Positions 9,204 through 20,632 of a stretch of 64,000 nucleotides of DNA are shown piece by piece. Both the position numbers and the translations under genes were made by a program. The stretch covers positions 160,001 through 224,000 of the forward strand of contig CAXXQS010000001.1 of NCBI GenBank assembly GCA_963674735.2, in the 5' to 3' direction. Source of the DNA: Myxococcota bacterium (GTDB lineage Bacteria; Myxococcota_A; SURF-8). Within the stretch, counting starts at the first letter, position 1. Each line of letters begins with the position of its first letter. The notes under the pieces were generated by a model. The model did not search any database. It had not been told where the DNA came from and saw only the letters and a list, made by a program, of their open reading frames with translations.

Positions 9204-9284
9204 CGTGCATGAATGCAACACTGAGAGGCTGCGCCCGTGTATGAGCGACAACCGGAATACAAGCCTATCGCTAAGGACACCAAA

Positions 9285-9764
9285 ATGAACCAGCTCGTGG
9301 TGGACATTTCGGATATCAAAACAAGCAACGACCCGGAGAGTTTGATCGTAACGTATGCCCTTGGCTCGTGTATTGCCATTATTCTTTACGATCCAACGCT
9401 GAAAGTGGGGGGCATGATTCATTACATGCTTCCGCTCTCTTCCACGGCGCCGGACAAAGCCAAAGAGCGTCCGGCGATGTTTGCCGACACGGGTATCCCC
9501 ATCCTGTTCAAAGAAATGTACAAACTCGGCTGCAAGAAAGAGAACATCATCGTCAAGGTCGCTGGCGGAGGCAAGCTTTACGACGATCATGGCACCTTCG
9601 ACATCGGCCGCCGCAACTACACGATTTTGAGAAAGATACTTTGGAAAAACAACGTGATGATCAAAAATGAGGATGTTGGTGGAGCCAAGTCGCGAACGGC
9701 CCGTTTATATATCGATACCGGTCGTGTCACCATCAGTTCCAAAGGTGTAGAGGAAGAATTATGA
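9285..9764 (+). CDS. cheD: Chemoreceptor glutamine deamidase
   Basis: 'TYALGSC', 'GGMIHYMLP', 'FADT', 'K.AGG', 'IG.RN', 'DVGG..SRT'; ATG 9285 after AAGGA. Confidence 0.92.
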   Translation: MNQLVVDISDIKTSNDPESLIVTYALGSCIAIILYDPTLKVGGMIHYMLPLSSTAPDKAKERPAMFADTGIPILFKEMYKLGCKKENIIVKVAGGGKLYDDHGTFDIGRRNYTILRKILWKNNVMIKNEDVGGAKSRTARLYIDTGRVTISSKGVEEEL

Positions 9765-10624
9765 TCGATCAAGCACGTATCATCAGCAGCATTGATTCTT
9801 TGCCCTCGCTGTCTGCCACTGTGCTGCGTCTTTCGAAGCTTGTCAAAGACGAACACAGCGATGCAGGGGATGTGGAAGAGGCTGTCAGGCTTGATCCGGC
9901 CATCACGGCCAACCTGCTGCGAGTGGCCAATTCCTCGTTCTTCGGAGCGACCAAGCAGATTACGTCCGCTCGCCATGCCATCACCCTGATCGGTCTCAAA
10001 CGGGTTTTCGAAGCCTCGGTGGGGGCTTCCATGGTGCGGATCATCCCCGAGCGTATTCCCGGCTACGAAATGGATAGCGCCAGTTACTGGAAACACTGTG
10101 TGGCGGTGGCGGTTTTAGCCGAACGTATCGCCGAGATCGTCAATGTGGTTCCGCCTGATTTGCTTTTTACAGCTGGATTGCTGCATGATATCGGTAAGCT
10201 GGCCATTGGGCAGTTTCTTGATGAGGAGCACGTGAAGGTTACCGAGAGCCTGAAAGAAGGAAATTCCGATTTCATTTCGGTTGAATTCGATGCTTTGGGC
10301 GTGCAACATGCCGATATCGGAGCCGAAATCGCCAAGCGCTGGAATTTTCCCGATGCCATCATCTGGGCGATCCGGTGGCACCACAGCCCCAGTCAGTTGC
10401 CTGCTGATGTGGATCCGCTGCCGGTGTGTCTGGTACACGCCGCCGACGGTCTCGCCCATATGCTGGGCTTCGGTTTCGATAAGGGAGAATTGGCGCGCGC
10501 GATCGACCCCAAGGCGATCGAACAGTTGGGCTTGAAAACCGCCGACATCGAAAAAGCAGCCAGTGCTGCTCTTGACGAGATAACGGACATGGGAGACTTA
10601 TTCAATTCCGGAGAACAGGAATGA
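9761..10624 (+). CDS. HDOD domain protein
   Basis: 'LPSL', 'DPAITANLLRVANS', 'AGLLHDIGK', 'H..IG..IA..W.FP', 'HH'. Confidence 0.92.
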   Translation: MIDQARIISSIDSLPSLSATVLRLSKLVKDEHSDAGDVEEAVRLDPAITANLLRVANSSFFGATKQITSARHAITLIGLKRVFEASVGASMVRIIPERIPGYEMDSASYWKHCVAVAVLAERIAEIVNVVPPDLLFTAGLLHDIGKLAIGQFLDEEHVKVTESLKEGNSDFISVEFDALGVQHADIGAEIAKRWNFPDAIIWAIRWHHSPSQLPADVDPLPVCLVHAADGLAHMLGFGFDKGELARAIDPKAIEQLGLKTADIEKAASAALDEITDMGDLFNSGEQE

Positions 10625-11058
10625 GTTACAATATCCTGGTAGTCGATGATTCCGCCATCATCCGCTCGGTGCTCAAAAAAACCATTGCCATGTCGGGCCT
10701 CGATGTCGGTGATGTGTTTGAAGGCTCCAACGGTCTTGAGGCCTTGGAAGTGTTGAGCAAAGAATGGATCGACATTGTGTTTGCCGATCTTAACATGCCC
10801 GAGATGAGCGGCATGGAGTTGGTGGCGAAGATGAGTGAGGACAACCTGTTGGTTTCGATTCCGGTTGTCATTGTCTCGTCGGAGCGCAATGAATCGAAAA
10901 TCGAGGAACTCAAACGACGGGGTATTCGGGCTTTCATCAAGAAGCCTTTTCGCCCCGAAAATTTCCGCGATGTGGTGACGGATGTGATGAGTGCCATGGG
11001 CGAAGAACCCATCGAGCCCAAAGGAGAAGATCCCAATGATAGCGGACTTGACTTCTGA
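10621..11058 (+). CDS. CheY-like single-domain response regulator
   Basis: VVDD, DLNMP phosphoacceptor, KKPF. Confidence 0.9.
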   Translation: MSYNILVVDDSAIIRSVLKKTIAMSGLDVGDVFEGSNGLEALEVLSKEWIDIVFADLNMPEMSGMELVAKMSEDNLLVSIPVVIVSSERNESKIEELKRRGIRAFIKKPFRPENFRDVVTDVMSAMGEEPIEPKGEDPNDSGLDF

Positions 11059-11505
11059 AATTTTGGCCGAGGTCGCCGGACAAACGTTGGAAGAGGCGGC
11101 TTTTGTGTTCGCCGAGCCTGAAGATATGCCGCAGCCATGGGCGAGCGACATCGTGGTGACCGAACTGGAATTTTCTCGTCCGGACGAAAGCGGAAAGCTG
11201 ATTCTGGCCGTTTCGATCAACTTTGCCAGTGAAGTCTCGGCGAACCTGTTGGGAATCGATGCCGAAGATGAAGAAGCGGCGATTGGAGCGGTGGGCGCCA
11301 TCAAGGAAATTCTCAATATCGTCGGGGGCGTCGCCATGGAGCGTTTCTATGGCAAGGATGCCGCCCAGATCGGAATCCCCGAAGCGGAAACCATGGATGA
11401 CGCTCGCTATGCGGGTCTCCTTGAACAGGCGGTCTGCAAGATTCATCTTCTAGCCGACATGGAACACCGGCTTGATTTCCTGGTCATCATCAACGAAAAC
11501 GGCTG

Positions 11506-11506
<1 letters not shown>
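11036..11506 (+). CDS. CheX/CheC-like phosphatase-family protein
   Basis: 'NLLG', 'KEILNIVGG' (E-x-x-N motif); ATG 11036 after AAGGAG. Confidence 0.75.
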
Positions 11507-13102
<1,596 letters not shown>

Positions 13103-13268
13103 CACGGCTATTTTTCTCTTTTCCGACTATCCTCGATAAAATATCCGGCGGGGCTTGCATTCCTCCACGCCTGCGCTAAAATGCGTGTGGCGCCGCCGCC
13201 ACCCATCCCGTACTACTCATATTCCGGGGACGACGCCGGTCGAACCATCCTTGCACGCGGAGGTGATG

Positions 13269-14573
13269 ATGACCGAGAAACGACAATCTTGGGCGGATTT
13301 ATGGCGAAAAGAAGATTGGTGGGCGATCTGGTTTGCGGCGATTCTTACCATCGCGGTTGGAATCGGCGTGGTCGGCTTGGTGCCGAAGGTCGGCAAGTGG
13401 ACGGCCAACCCGCTCGACGGTATTCCGGGGGAGCTTGTCTTACCGCTTGTGCTGATGTTTGTTGGAATCGGCGGCCTGACCACCTTGGGCATGGCGGCTA
13501 TGAAGGAAGATTGGAAACGCTACATCGGCGGCTACACGGTGGTGTTTATCATCGCGATTCTAGCGAACCTGGCCGGGCGGCAGACCGCCATGCACTATTG
13601 GGGTGTCGGCTACGCCATCTGGGCGCTTTTCTTCGGACTGCTGATCAGTAACACCATCGGTACGCCTCAATGGCTGCTGAAAGGCGCGCGCTCCGAGATG
13701 TTCATCAAGACCGGCCTTGTGTTGCTGGGATCGGAGATCTTGTTTTCCAAGATTCTCAAACTCGGGGGCCCCGGCCTGATGGTGGCCTGGATCGTCACCC
13801 CGACGGTCATTATCTTCATGTGGTTTTTCGGCACCCGCGTGATGAAAATGTCGTCGAAGAAACTGACGATCATTATCGCGGCCGCGACCAGCGTCTGCGG
13901 TGTTTCGGCGGCCATCGCCACCGCCGCCGCCTGTCGCGCCAAGAAGGAAGAGTTGACCTTGGCGGTGGGCATGACGATGATCTTTACCGTGCTGATGATG
14001 ATCGGGATGCCTGCCTTGGCCAAATTCATCGGCCTGACTCCGGCCGTGGGTGGAGCCTGGTTGGGCGGGACCATCGATTCCACCGGTGCGGTGGTGGCTT
14101 CCGGGGCGCTTTTAGGCGAGAACGCCGAGAAGGTCGCCGCCGTGGTGAAGATGATTCAGAACGTCCTGATCGGCTTTGTGGCCTTTGTGGTGGCGGTTTT
14201 GTGGGTGACGCGCATCGACCAGGATGGCGACAAGGAACGCTCGGTGGGTCCGATGGAGATCTGGTACCGTTTCCCGAAATTCATCCTGGGCTTTCTGGCG
14301 GCTTCGTTGATCTTCAGCTTCATCCTGATGCCGACTCTCGGTTCGGACGGCGTCTCCGATATCCTCAACCTGACGAAATCCTTTCGCGGCTGGTTTTTCG
14401 CCCTGGCTTTCGTGAGCATCGGGCTTGAATCCAATTTCAAGGAACTGGCCGGGCAGATGGTGGGTGGCAAGCCGATCATTTTGTATGTCATCGGGCAGAG
14501 CTTCAACATCATCCTGACCTTGTTTGTGGCCTGGCTGGCCTTCGGCGGCGTACTGTTCGATAAGGTGTTTTAA
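13269..14573 (+). CDS. YeiH/UPF0324 putative sulfate exporter family transporter
   Basis: 'IKTGLVLLG', 'SVCGVSAAIA', 'GGTIDSTGAVVA', 'FPKFILGF'; GGAGG RBS. Confidence 0.88.
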   Translation: MTEKRQSWADLWRKEDWWAIWFAAILTIAVGIGVVGLVPKVGKWTANPLDGIPGELVLPLVLMFVGIGGLTTLGMAAMKEDWKRYIGGYTVVFIIAILANLAGRQTAMHYWGVGYAIWALFFGLLISNTIGTPQWLLKGARSEMFIKTGLVLLGSEILFSKILKLGGPGLMVAWIVTPTVIIFMWFFGTRVMKMSSKKLTIIIAAATSVCGVSAAIATAAACRAKKEELTLAVGMTMIFTVLMMIGMPALAKFIGLTPAVGGAWLGGTIDSTGAVVASGALLGENAEKVAAVVKMIQNVLIGFVAFVVAVLWVTRIDQDGDKERSVGPMEIWYRFPKFILGFLAASLIFSFILMPTLGSDGVSDILNLTKSFRGWFFALAFVSIGLESNFKELAGQMVGGKPIILYVIGQSFNIILTLFVAWLAFGGVLFDKVF

Positions 14574-14842
14574 TGGCGACGGCAGACAAACCAAGCATTT
14601 TGCAAAGATGGTTGAGCCTGTTGGCCATCCTGACCGTGACCGCTTTATTGGTGGCGGCGGCCAGCTGGGTCAGTCCGCGCTTGCCGGGAGCGGCGGGGGC
14701 GGTGTATCGTCATAATGTGGAACAGGATATCGAGGCGACGGCGCTTTTGTATTCGGAAGCCTGCGATATCCGCGAATACCTCGACCGCGAGCAAGGGCGT
14801 TACGGCTTGGACTTGTCCGAATCGGATAAAGCCGGTCGGTAA
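14573..14842 (+). CDS. Small membrane-anchored hypothetical protein
   Basis: TAATG-coupled to the upstream transporter; one TM helix. Confidence 0.6.
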   Translation: MATADKPSILQRWLSLLAILTVTALLVAAASWVSPRLPGAAGAVYRHNVEQDIEATALLYSEACDIREYLDREQGRYGLDLSESDKAGR

Positions 14843-14889
14843 ATAGACGGCGGTTGCATTCATAGGCTCAACATCGGTGGAGTGCCTCT

Positions 14890-16530
14890 ATGGCGTCTGC
14901 GGCGATCCGAATGACCGTTCTGGTGTGGTTTCTGTCTGCGCTGCTTATCGCGCCGCTTCGGGCCGACGAGGCGGTGCAACAAGATTCAAACCATTTCCGG
15001 GTGATCGGTCCGGGGCAGGAGGCGTTCGTCGAACGTTTGTTCGCCCCTTACTCGCTCGATGGCGACTTGCCCGGAGATTATCGCTTTGCCAAGCTATCCA
15101 TCGAGGCGCGGCGAGTGACGGTCGTCGTTGAACGCGCGGGCCGCCAAGCCGAACTCATTCTCGAACCCGCCTCGGATCAACCGGCGTGGAAGAAAAGCTC
15201 TCAATTCAATCTGAGCCGATCCGGTTCGTCGGATGCCCTGGATGCTCTGACGGCACTGGCGGAAGCCGCTATCCGCAACGGGGTGTCTCCCTGGGATGAG
15301 CGTGGCTTCGACGCCACCGTCCCGATGATCTTCGGTGAAACGGATTTTCATACTCTCGATCTACGGCGGACCCTGAAGTTTGGCGAGCGGACGGCAAACG
15401 GTATCGGTGCCATGTATCTGGGCCTTTTAGTGCTTGTTCTGATCGGGAGCCTGCTTTATTGCAAGCGTAACGGTCGGTCGGGATGGGTCAACGGGCTGCT
15501 GGTGGCCGTTAGTGTGCTGATTGTGCTGTGGATCGCGGAAACCGTGCTGGTGGTGTCGGGAGAAAGCTGGCGATTGCCTGTGCATGTGATGGATGACTGC
15601 TATCCGACCAACCCTCGCGGGTATTTCAAGGAAGCGTTTTTCGACCCCAGCCGCGAGATGGTGATGTATTGCGCCGGGGGGCAGAATGAAATCATGCGGA
15701 GCTGCGAGCGTGAAACGGCCAAGCAAGCCCCGCATGACTGGCGCATTCTGGCCCTGGGTGATTCCTTTACCGCCGGTATCGGGGTGAAGGCGCAGGATAC
15801 GTGGCCGAATCGTTTGACGGGTATGTTGAACCAAATGCCGGAACGGAAGCAAGCGGCCCGGGCTGTCAATTGCGGAATCCCGGCCGCCAATCTGGATACC
15901 GTCATTAAGCGTTATCGCAAGTATGGCGAACGGCATCGGTCTCATGTGGTCGTGTATGCAATTGTGCTCAATGACTTTCTAGCGGCCGCCGGTTCCCGTT
16001 TTTTCACCGCCTCGCAGATCTCTTTTCAGTGGCAATCCGGGTTTGGGTATGTCGAGCAAGTTCTTCAACACCCGTCCTTCGGCTTTCTGGTGCGAAACCT
16101 GGCTCTGGTGCATTTCGCGGTCGAACGTCTGCAACGCAAACGCCTGGCATCGGCCACCGAGCGTTTCTACCGCGATTTGTACGCCGATCCGCCGTCGAAG
16201 AAGCTAAGCGAGTTGTTGGACAGAACCGCCGGACTGGCCGCTACGGTGGAAGGCGACGGCGCACATTTCATGGCCGCGATCTTCCCGCTGTTCTACGAAT
16301 TGGATGACTATCCCCTGCGGGCTGCCCATGTTTTATTGAAACGCGAGTTGACGGCGCGTGGAATCGAGGTCTTGGACTTGCTGGATACCTATGAGGGGAT
16401 GGAGGCCGCCGAAATACAGGTGCATCCCACCGACTATCACCCCAACGATGTTGCCCAGCTTCTGGCGGCCCAAGCTATCGCCGAACGACTCACCAAGCTG
16501 GGATGGGCCGATGGCGAGGCGCACAAGTGA
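14890..16530 (+). CDS. Membrane-anchored SGNH/GDSL hydrolase family protein
   Basis: Signal peptide, 2 TM helices, 'LALGDSFTAG', 'VNCG', 'LND', 'DYHPN'. Confidence 0.8.
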   Translation: MASAAIRMTVLVWFLSALLIAPLRADEAVQQDSNHFRVIGPGQEAFVERLFAPYSLDGDLPGDYRFAKLSIEARRVTVVVERAGRQAELILEPASDQPAWKKSSQFNLSRSGSSDALDALTALAEAAIRNGVSPWDERGFDATVPMIFGETDFHTLDLRRTLKFGERTANGIGAMYLGLLVLVLIGSLLYCKRNGRSGWVNGLLVAVSVLIVLWIAETVLVVSGESWRLPVHVMDDCYPTNPRGYFKEAFFDPSREMVMYCAGGQNEIMRSCERETAKQAPHDWRILALGDSFTAGIGVKAQDTWPNRLTGMLNQMPERKQAARAVNCGIPAANLDTVIKRYRKYGERHRSHVVVYAIVLNDFLAAAGSRFFTASQISFQWQSGFGYVEQVLQHPSFGFLVRNLALVHFAVERLQRKRLASATERFYRDLYADPPSKKLSELLDRTAGLAATVEGDGAHFMAAIFPLFYELDDYPLRAAHVLLKRELTARGIEVLDLLDTYEGMEAAEIQVHPTDYHPNDVAQLLAAQAIAERLTKLGWADGEAHK

Positions 16531-16534
16531 CGCC

Positions 16535-16596
16535 GTTTCATGGCGATGCGTTTCAATTATGAAACCATGTTTCATTTCTCCTTGCAATATTGAAAC
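16535..16596. promoter_or_regulatory. Clustered palindromic operator/UAS sites (GTTTCA/TGAAAC)
   Basis: GTTTCA at 16535, 16550, 16569; TGAAAC at 16560, 16591; perfect GTTTCA-N4-TGAAAC at 16550-16565. Confidence 0.65.
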
Positions 16597-16617
16597 ATTC
16601 GGCCTAGACTTCTCTCC

Positions 16618-17952
16618 ATGGAAGCAACGCTCGACACACGCACCCTGCACCTGATTTTCAACTCCCTTCCCATGGGTGTTTTCACCATCGATGGCATGGG
16701 GGTTATTACCGCTTTCAACCAGGCCGCCGAGCGGATCACCGGCTATCGCTGTGAAGAAGCGGTCGGTCGGCGCTGCGATGAAATCTTCCAAGCCAATATC
16801 TGCCAACAGGATTGTCCGCTCAAACAGTCGGTTAGCGGACGTCCGCCGGGGACGGCGCGCGAGGTGCGTATTCTCGCCAAGGATGGGCGGGAGCGCCTGA
16901 TCGAGGTCACCACCGCCGCGCTGGTGGACGACCGGGGCGATATCGTGGGCGGCGTGGAAATGTTTCGCGATCTGGCGCAACTGATCTCCTTGCGCAAACA
17001 GATTGAAAATACGTATGTATTTGAGGATATCGTCAGTAAAAACGCCGGGATGCGGCTTATTCTGGAACGCTTGACGCTTTTCGCGCAAAGCGCCAGTACG
17101 GTGCTGATCGAGGGGGCCAGCGGCACCGGCAAGGAACTGGTGGCGCGTGCCCTGCACAATCTTGGTCCGCGGGTTAAAAAGCCTTTTATTGCGGTGAATT
17201 GCGCGGCATTACCCGAAAACCTGCTTGAGTCGGAATTGTTCGGTTATGCAAAAGGGGCTTTCACCGATGCCAAGGCCAGCAAGCCCGGACGCTTTGCGCT
17301 GGCCGATGGCGGAAGCATCTTCCTGGATGAAATCGGAGACTTATCCCCGGCTATGCAGGTCAAGCTGCTGCGTGTGTTGCAGGAACGCGAGTTCGAGCCG
17401 TTGGGCGCCGTGGAGAGCGTGCATGTGGATGTGCGCGTGATCGCCGCGACGAACTGCAATTTGGCGGAAGCCGTGAAGAATCGTCAGTTTCGCGAAGATC
17501 TGTACTATCGCCTGAACGTCGTTCGCATTGCGTTGCCGCCGCTGGCCGAACGCCGCGACGATATCCCGTTGCTGGTTCAACATTTCATCGACCGCTTTAA
17601 TGCACGGTTTGGACGACGTATCAAGCGCGCCACCGAAGAGGCATTGGCGGTTCTGCTGAATGCGCCATTTCCGGGTAATATCCGCGAGTTGGAAAACGCC
17701 ATCGAGCATGCTTTCGTCGTTTGTGACGGCGACGAAATCGGGTTGCGCCACCTGCCTCCGAACCTCCAAGGCCGCCCCTCCGCCTTGAGCAAGCTGCTTG
17801 CCGAGAGAGAAGCATCCCCGCTGGCCGAAGCCGAGGCCGACGCCATACGACGAGCCGTTGCACAAGGCGCGACGCGCGCCGAAGTGGCCCAAAGGCTCGG
17901 GTTGTCCCGCGCCACACTTTGGCGAAAAATGAAAAAATACAAATTGTTTTAG
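16618..17952 (+). CDS. Sigma54-dependent activator PAS-AAA+-HTH, OrpR-like
   Basis: PAS with C-x8-C-x3-C; GASGTGKE, ESELFG, GAFTDA, FLDEIG, FREDLYYRL, PGNIREL, Fis-type HTH. Confidence 0.93.
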   Translation: MEATLDTRTLHLIFNSLPMGVFTIDGMGVITAFNQAAERITGYRCEEAVGRRCDEIFQANICQQDCPLKQSVSGRPPGTAREVRILAKDGRERLIEVTTAALVDDRGDIVGGVEMFRDLAQLISLRKQIENTYVFEDIVSKNAGMRLILERLTLFAQSASTVLIEGASGTGKELVARALHNLGPRVKKPFIAVNCAALPENLLESELFGYAKGAFTDAKASKPGRFALADGGSIFLDEIGDLSPAMQVKLLRVLQEREFEPLGAVESVHVDVRVIAATNCNLAEAVKNRQFREDLYYRLNVVRIALPPLAERRDDIPLLVQHFIDRFNARFGRRIKRATEEALAVLLNAPFPGNIRELENAIEHAFVVCDGDEIGLRHLPPNLQGRPSALSKLLAEREASPLAEAEADAIRRAVAQGATRAEVAQRLGLSRATLWRKMKKYKLF

Positions 17953-18045
17953 TCCGGTTGTGGGGGTGGGGGAACCGTGGTCGGTTTTGCTTCGGACGGG
18001 GGTTTCGAATGATGTTTTTTTGGAAAAGAAAGCCATCATTCCGGA

Positions 18046-18062
18046 TTGGCAAGCAATATGCA
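18046..18062 (+). promoter_or_regulatory. Sigma54 (-24/-12) promoter
   Basis: TTGGCAAGCAATATGCA: GG-N10-GC, 80 bp upstream of the operon. Confidence 0.75.
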
Positions 18063-18141
18063 ATCCCTAACCCGCTGCGGAGCGCAAGGTGCGCCACCGT
18101 ATGAACAATTTCTTGCTAGATAATGATTGAAGGAGCTCAGT

Positions 18142-18507
18142 ATGAAAATCGCCATTACCGCCGCGGGCGACGGATGGGAAGCCCCGGTGGACGAGCGTTT
18201 CGGACGCGCGGCCGCCTTTGCCGTGATCGATCTCGATGTCGATCCCCCCAGTTTGACCACGGTTTCCAACGAGCAAAACCGCCAGGCGGCCCAGGGTGCG
18301 GGCATTCAGGCGGCGGACAATGTCGCCAAAAGCGGAGTGGGCATTGTTGTGACCGGTCACGTGGGTCCCAAAGCCTTCCGTGCGTTGGCAGCCGGGAAAA
18401 TAGAAGTGTATACCGGCGTGCGCGGCACCGTGCGTCAGGCCTTTGAAGACTTTCAGGCCGGGAGCTTGAATAAAGCGGCCGGGTCCGATGTGGAGGGACA
18501 CTGGTGA
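18142..18507 (+). CDS. NifB/NifX (MTH1175-like, Orange protein) family protein
   Basis: 'MKIAI', 'D.RFGRA..F', 'GAGIQAA', 'TGHVGPKAF..L'. Confidence 0.9.
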   Translation: MKIAITAAGDGWEAPVDERFGRAAAFAVIDLDVDPPSLTTVSNEQNRQAAQGAGIQAADNVAKSGVGIVVTGHVGPKAFRALAAGKIEVYTGVRGTVRQAFEDFQAGSLNKAAGSDVEGHW

Positions 18508-19361
18508 GCCGCCTCACGATTGCGGTGGCGTCCGGCAAGGGCGGCACCGGAAAAACCACCGTTGCGGTCTCTTTGGCGCGGGCCCTGGCCGAGGCGGGCG
18601 AGCAGGTGTCGCTGCTCGACGCCGATGTGGAAGAACCCAACGACCACCTGTTTCTCGAAGCGGATAATCTCGATAATCGCGAAGTCAATCGTCCGGTGCC
18701 TGTGGCCGACGAAGACGTCTGCACCGGTTGCGGGGTCTGCCGCGAAGTCTGCGCGTTCAACGCTATCGTGTTGATGGACAGCAAACCGCTGGTTTTCCCC
18801 GAATTATGCCATGGCTGCGGGGCCTGTGTTCTCGAATGTCCCGAGCAATGCATAAGCGAAACCGACCACTTGACCGGTTGGCTGGAGGCGCAGCGAATCG
18901 ACCGACTCGACTTCATGCGCGGGCGCTTGAAAATCGGGGAAGCCATGGCGGTTCCGGTGATCCATGCCCTTCGTAAATACGAACGGGAAGAGGGAATCAC
19001 CGTGATCGATGCTCCGCCGGGAACGAGCTGCCCGGTCATTGCCGCCTCTCGTGGAACGGACTACTTGCTGCTCGTTACCGAACCGACGCCGTTCGGCTTG
19101 AATGATCTGCGGCTGGCGGTCGATCTGTCGCGCGCTCTCAAACTGCCCGCCGGAGTGGTTATCAATCGCTCCGATATGGGCGACAACAAGGTCAAATCCT
19201 TTTGCCAGCGCGAAGGATTGCCCATTCTGATGGAAATTCCCTTCAGTCGCACCATTGCCAGCGCCTACGCGCGCGGACGGACCTTGCTCGATGTGGACGA
19301 GGCCTGGCATGCGCGTATGGTGGAACTGGCCGAAACGGTGCGGAAGGAGGCGGCGCAATGA
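18504..19361 (+). CDS. MinD-superfamily P-loop ATPase with inserted 2x[4Fe-4S] ferredoxin
   Basis: SGKGGTGKT, DADVEEPN, two CxxCxxCxxxC motifs, DAPPGTSCP, TEPTPFG. Confidence 0.92.
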   Translation: MSRLTIAVASGKGGTGKTTVAVSLARALAEAGEQVSLLDADVEEPNDHLFLEADNLDNREVNRPVPVADEDVCTGCGVCREVCAFNAIVLMDSKPLVFPELCHGCGACVLECPEQCISETDHLTGWLEAQRIDRLDFMRGRLKIGEAMAVPVIHALRKYEREEGITVIDAPPGTSCPVIAASRGTDYLLLVTEPTPFGLNDLRLAVDLSRALKLPAGVVINRSDMGDNKVKSFCQREGLPILMEIPFSRTIASAYARGRTLLDVDEAWHARMVELAETVRKEAAQ

Positions 19362-20236
19362 AACAGATGGTCATTATCAGCGGTAAAGGGGGCACCGGGA
19401 AAACCACGGTGGCAGCCTCCTTCGCCTCCCTCGCCGTGGGCGCGGTTCTGGCGGATGCCGATGTGGATGCCGCCAACCTGCACCTGATTCTCGATCCGGC
19501 GATCAAGGTGAACGAAACCTTCAGTTCGGGGCAGGAAGCCATTATCGATGAAGAAATCTGTACCCGTTGCGGCGAATGCCGTAGTTTGTGCCGTTTCGAC
19601 GCTATTTCCGAAGATTTCAGGATTGATTCGCAGGCTTGTGAAGGCTGCGGACTTTGCGCTCGGCGCTGTCCGGTCGAAGCCATTCACATGAAGCCCTGCA
19701 TTTCGGGGCGTTGGTTTATCTCTGATACCCGCTTCGGACCTTTCGTGCACGCCCGGCTCGGTATCGCCGCCGACAACTCGGGCAAGTTGGTGGCCTTGGT
19801 ACGTGAAAAGGCGCGCGAACTGGGCGAGCAACGCCAGTCCGATTTTCTGATCATCGATGGCGCACCCGGTGTGGGTTGTCCGGTGATCGCTTCCGTGACC
19901 GGTTGCGACCTGGCCCTGGCTGTCACCGAACCCACCCGCAGCGGTTTGCACGACCTGAAACGGGTGATCGAACTGACCCAGCATTTCCGCGTGCCCACTC
20001 TGGTGGCGATCAACAAGGCCGATCTGGACGAAGAGATGAGCGACCAAATCGAAGAATTCTGCCGCGAGAAGCATCTCATGCTGGCGGGCCGCATTCCCTT
20101 CGATCCCAGTGTGGTCAAGGCCATGGTGGCGGGTGAAACCCTGGTGGACTACTCCGCCGGGGCGGCGGCCCAGGCTCTGCGGCGTTTGTGGGAAGTGGTG
20201 AGCGGTGAATTGGCCGGATTGGAGGCGGCTTCGTGA
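19358..20236 (+). CDS. Second MinD-like P-loop ATPase with ferredoxin insert
   Basis: SGKGGTGKT, DADVDA, two CxxCxxCxxxC motifs, SGKLV, DGAPGVGCP; ATGA overlap. Confidence 0.92.
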   Translation: MKQMVIISGKGGTGKTTVAASFASLAVGAVLADADVDAANLHLILDPAIKVNETFSSGQEAIIDEEICTRCGECRSLCRFDAISEDFRIDSQACEGCGLCARRCPVEAIHMKPCISGRWFISDTRFGPFVHARLGIAADNSGKLVALVREKARELGEQRQSDFLIIDGAPGVGCPVIASVTGCDLALAVTEPTRSGLHDLKRVIELTQHFRVPTLVAINKADLDEEMSDQIEEFCREKHLMLAGRIPFDPSVVKAMVAGETLVDYSAGAAAQALRRLWEVVSGELAGLEAAS

Positions 20237-20532
20237 GTGTCGGGACGCGCGACAAACTCGGGCTTTCCCTGGATGGCTTCTGCATCGAAACGACAGCCAA
20301 GCAACGGCTGCGCGTCCTCACCGAGCGTTTGCTAAATGGAGAGGAACGTGCCGAAACGATGGCGGAGGCCGAGTTTTTGCGTCAATTTCTGGAAACGGGA
20401 GAATTTTCCGCGCTACGTGCGGATAATCCCGGACTTGACGGCAGCCACCGCTCTGAGGTAACCATTACGCGGGAGGCTTCCGGAGAATTTGCGGTCAGGG
20501 TCGAACGCGACTATGGACCGGCAGGAGGCTAA
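20233..20532 (+). CDS. Hypothetical protein in the ORP operon
   Basis: GTGA overlap with the upstream gene; GGAGG RBS. Confidence 0.65.
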   Translation: MSVGTRDKLGLSLDGFCIETTAKQRLRVLTERLLNGEERAETMAEAEFLRQFLETGEFSALRADNPGLDGSHRSEVTITREASGEFAVRVERDYGPAGG

Positions 20533-20632
20533 CGGCTTAAAACCCCGGATGAGTGAAAATGATTGGACAAACGGGGTTAAACGGAACCCTGGAACAATAG
20601 ACGGTTAACTTGTAGAGAGAGGATCAGAAATC

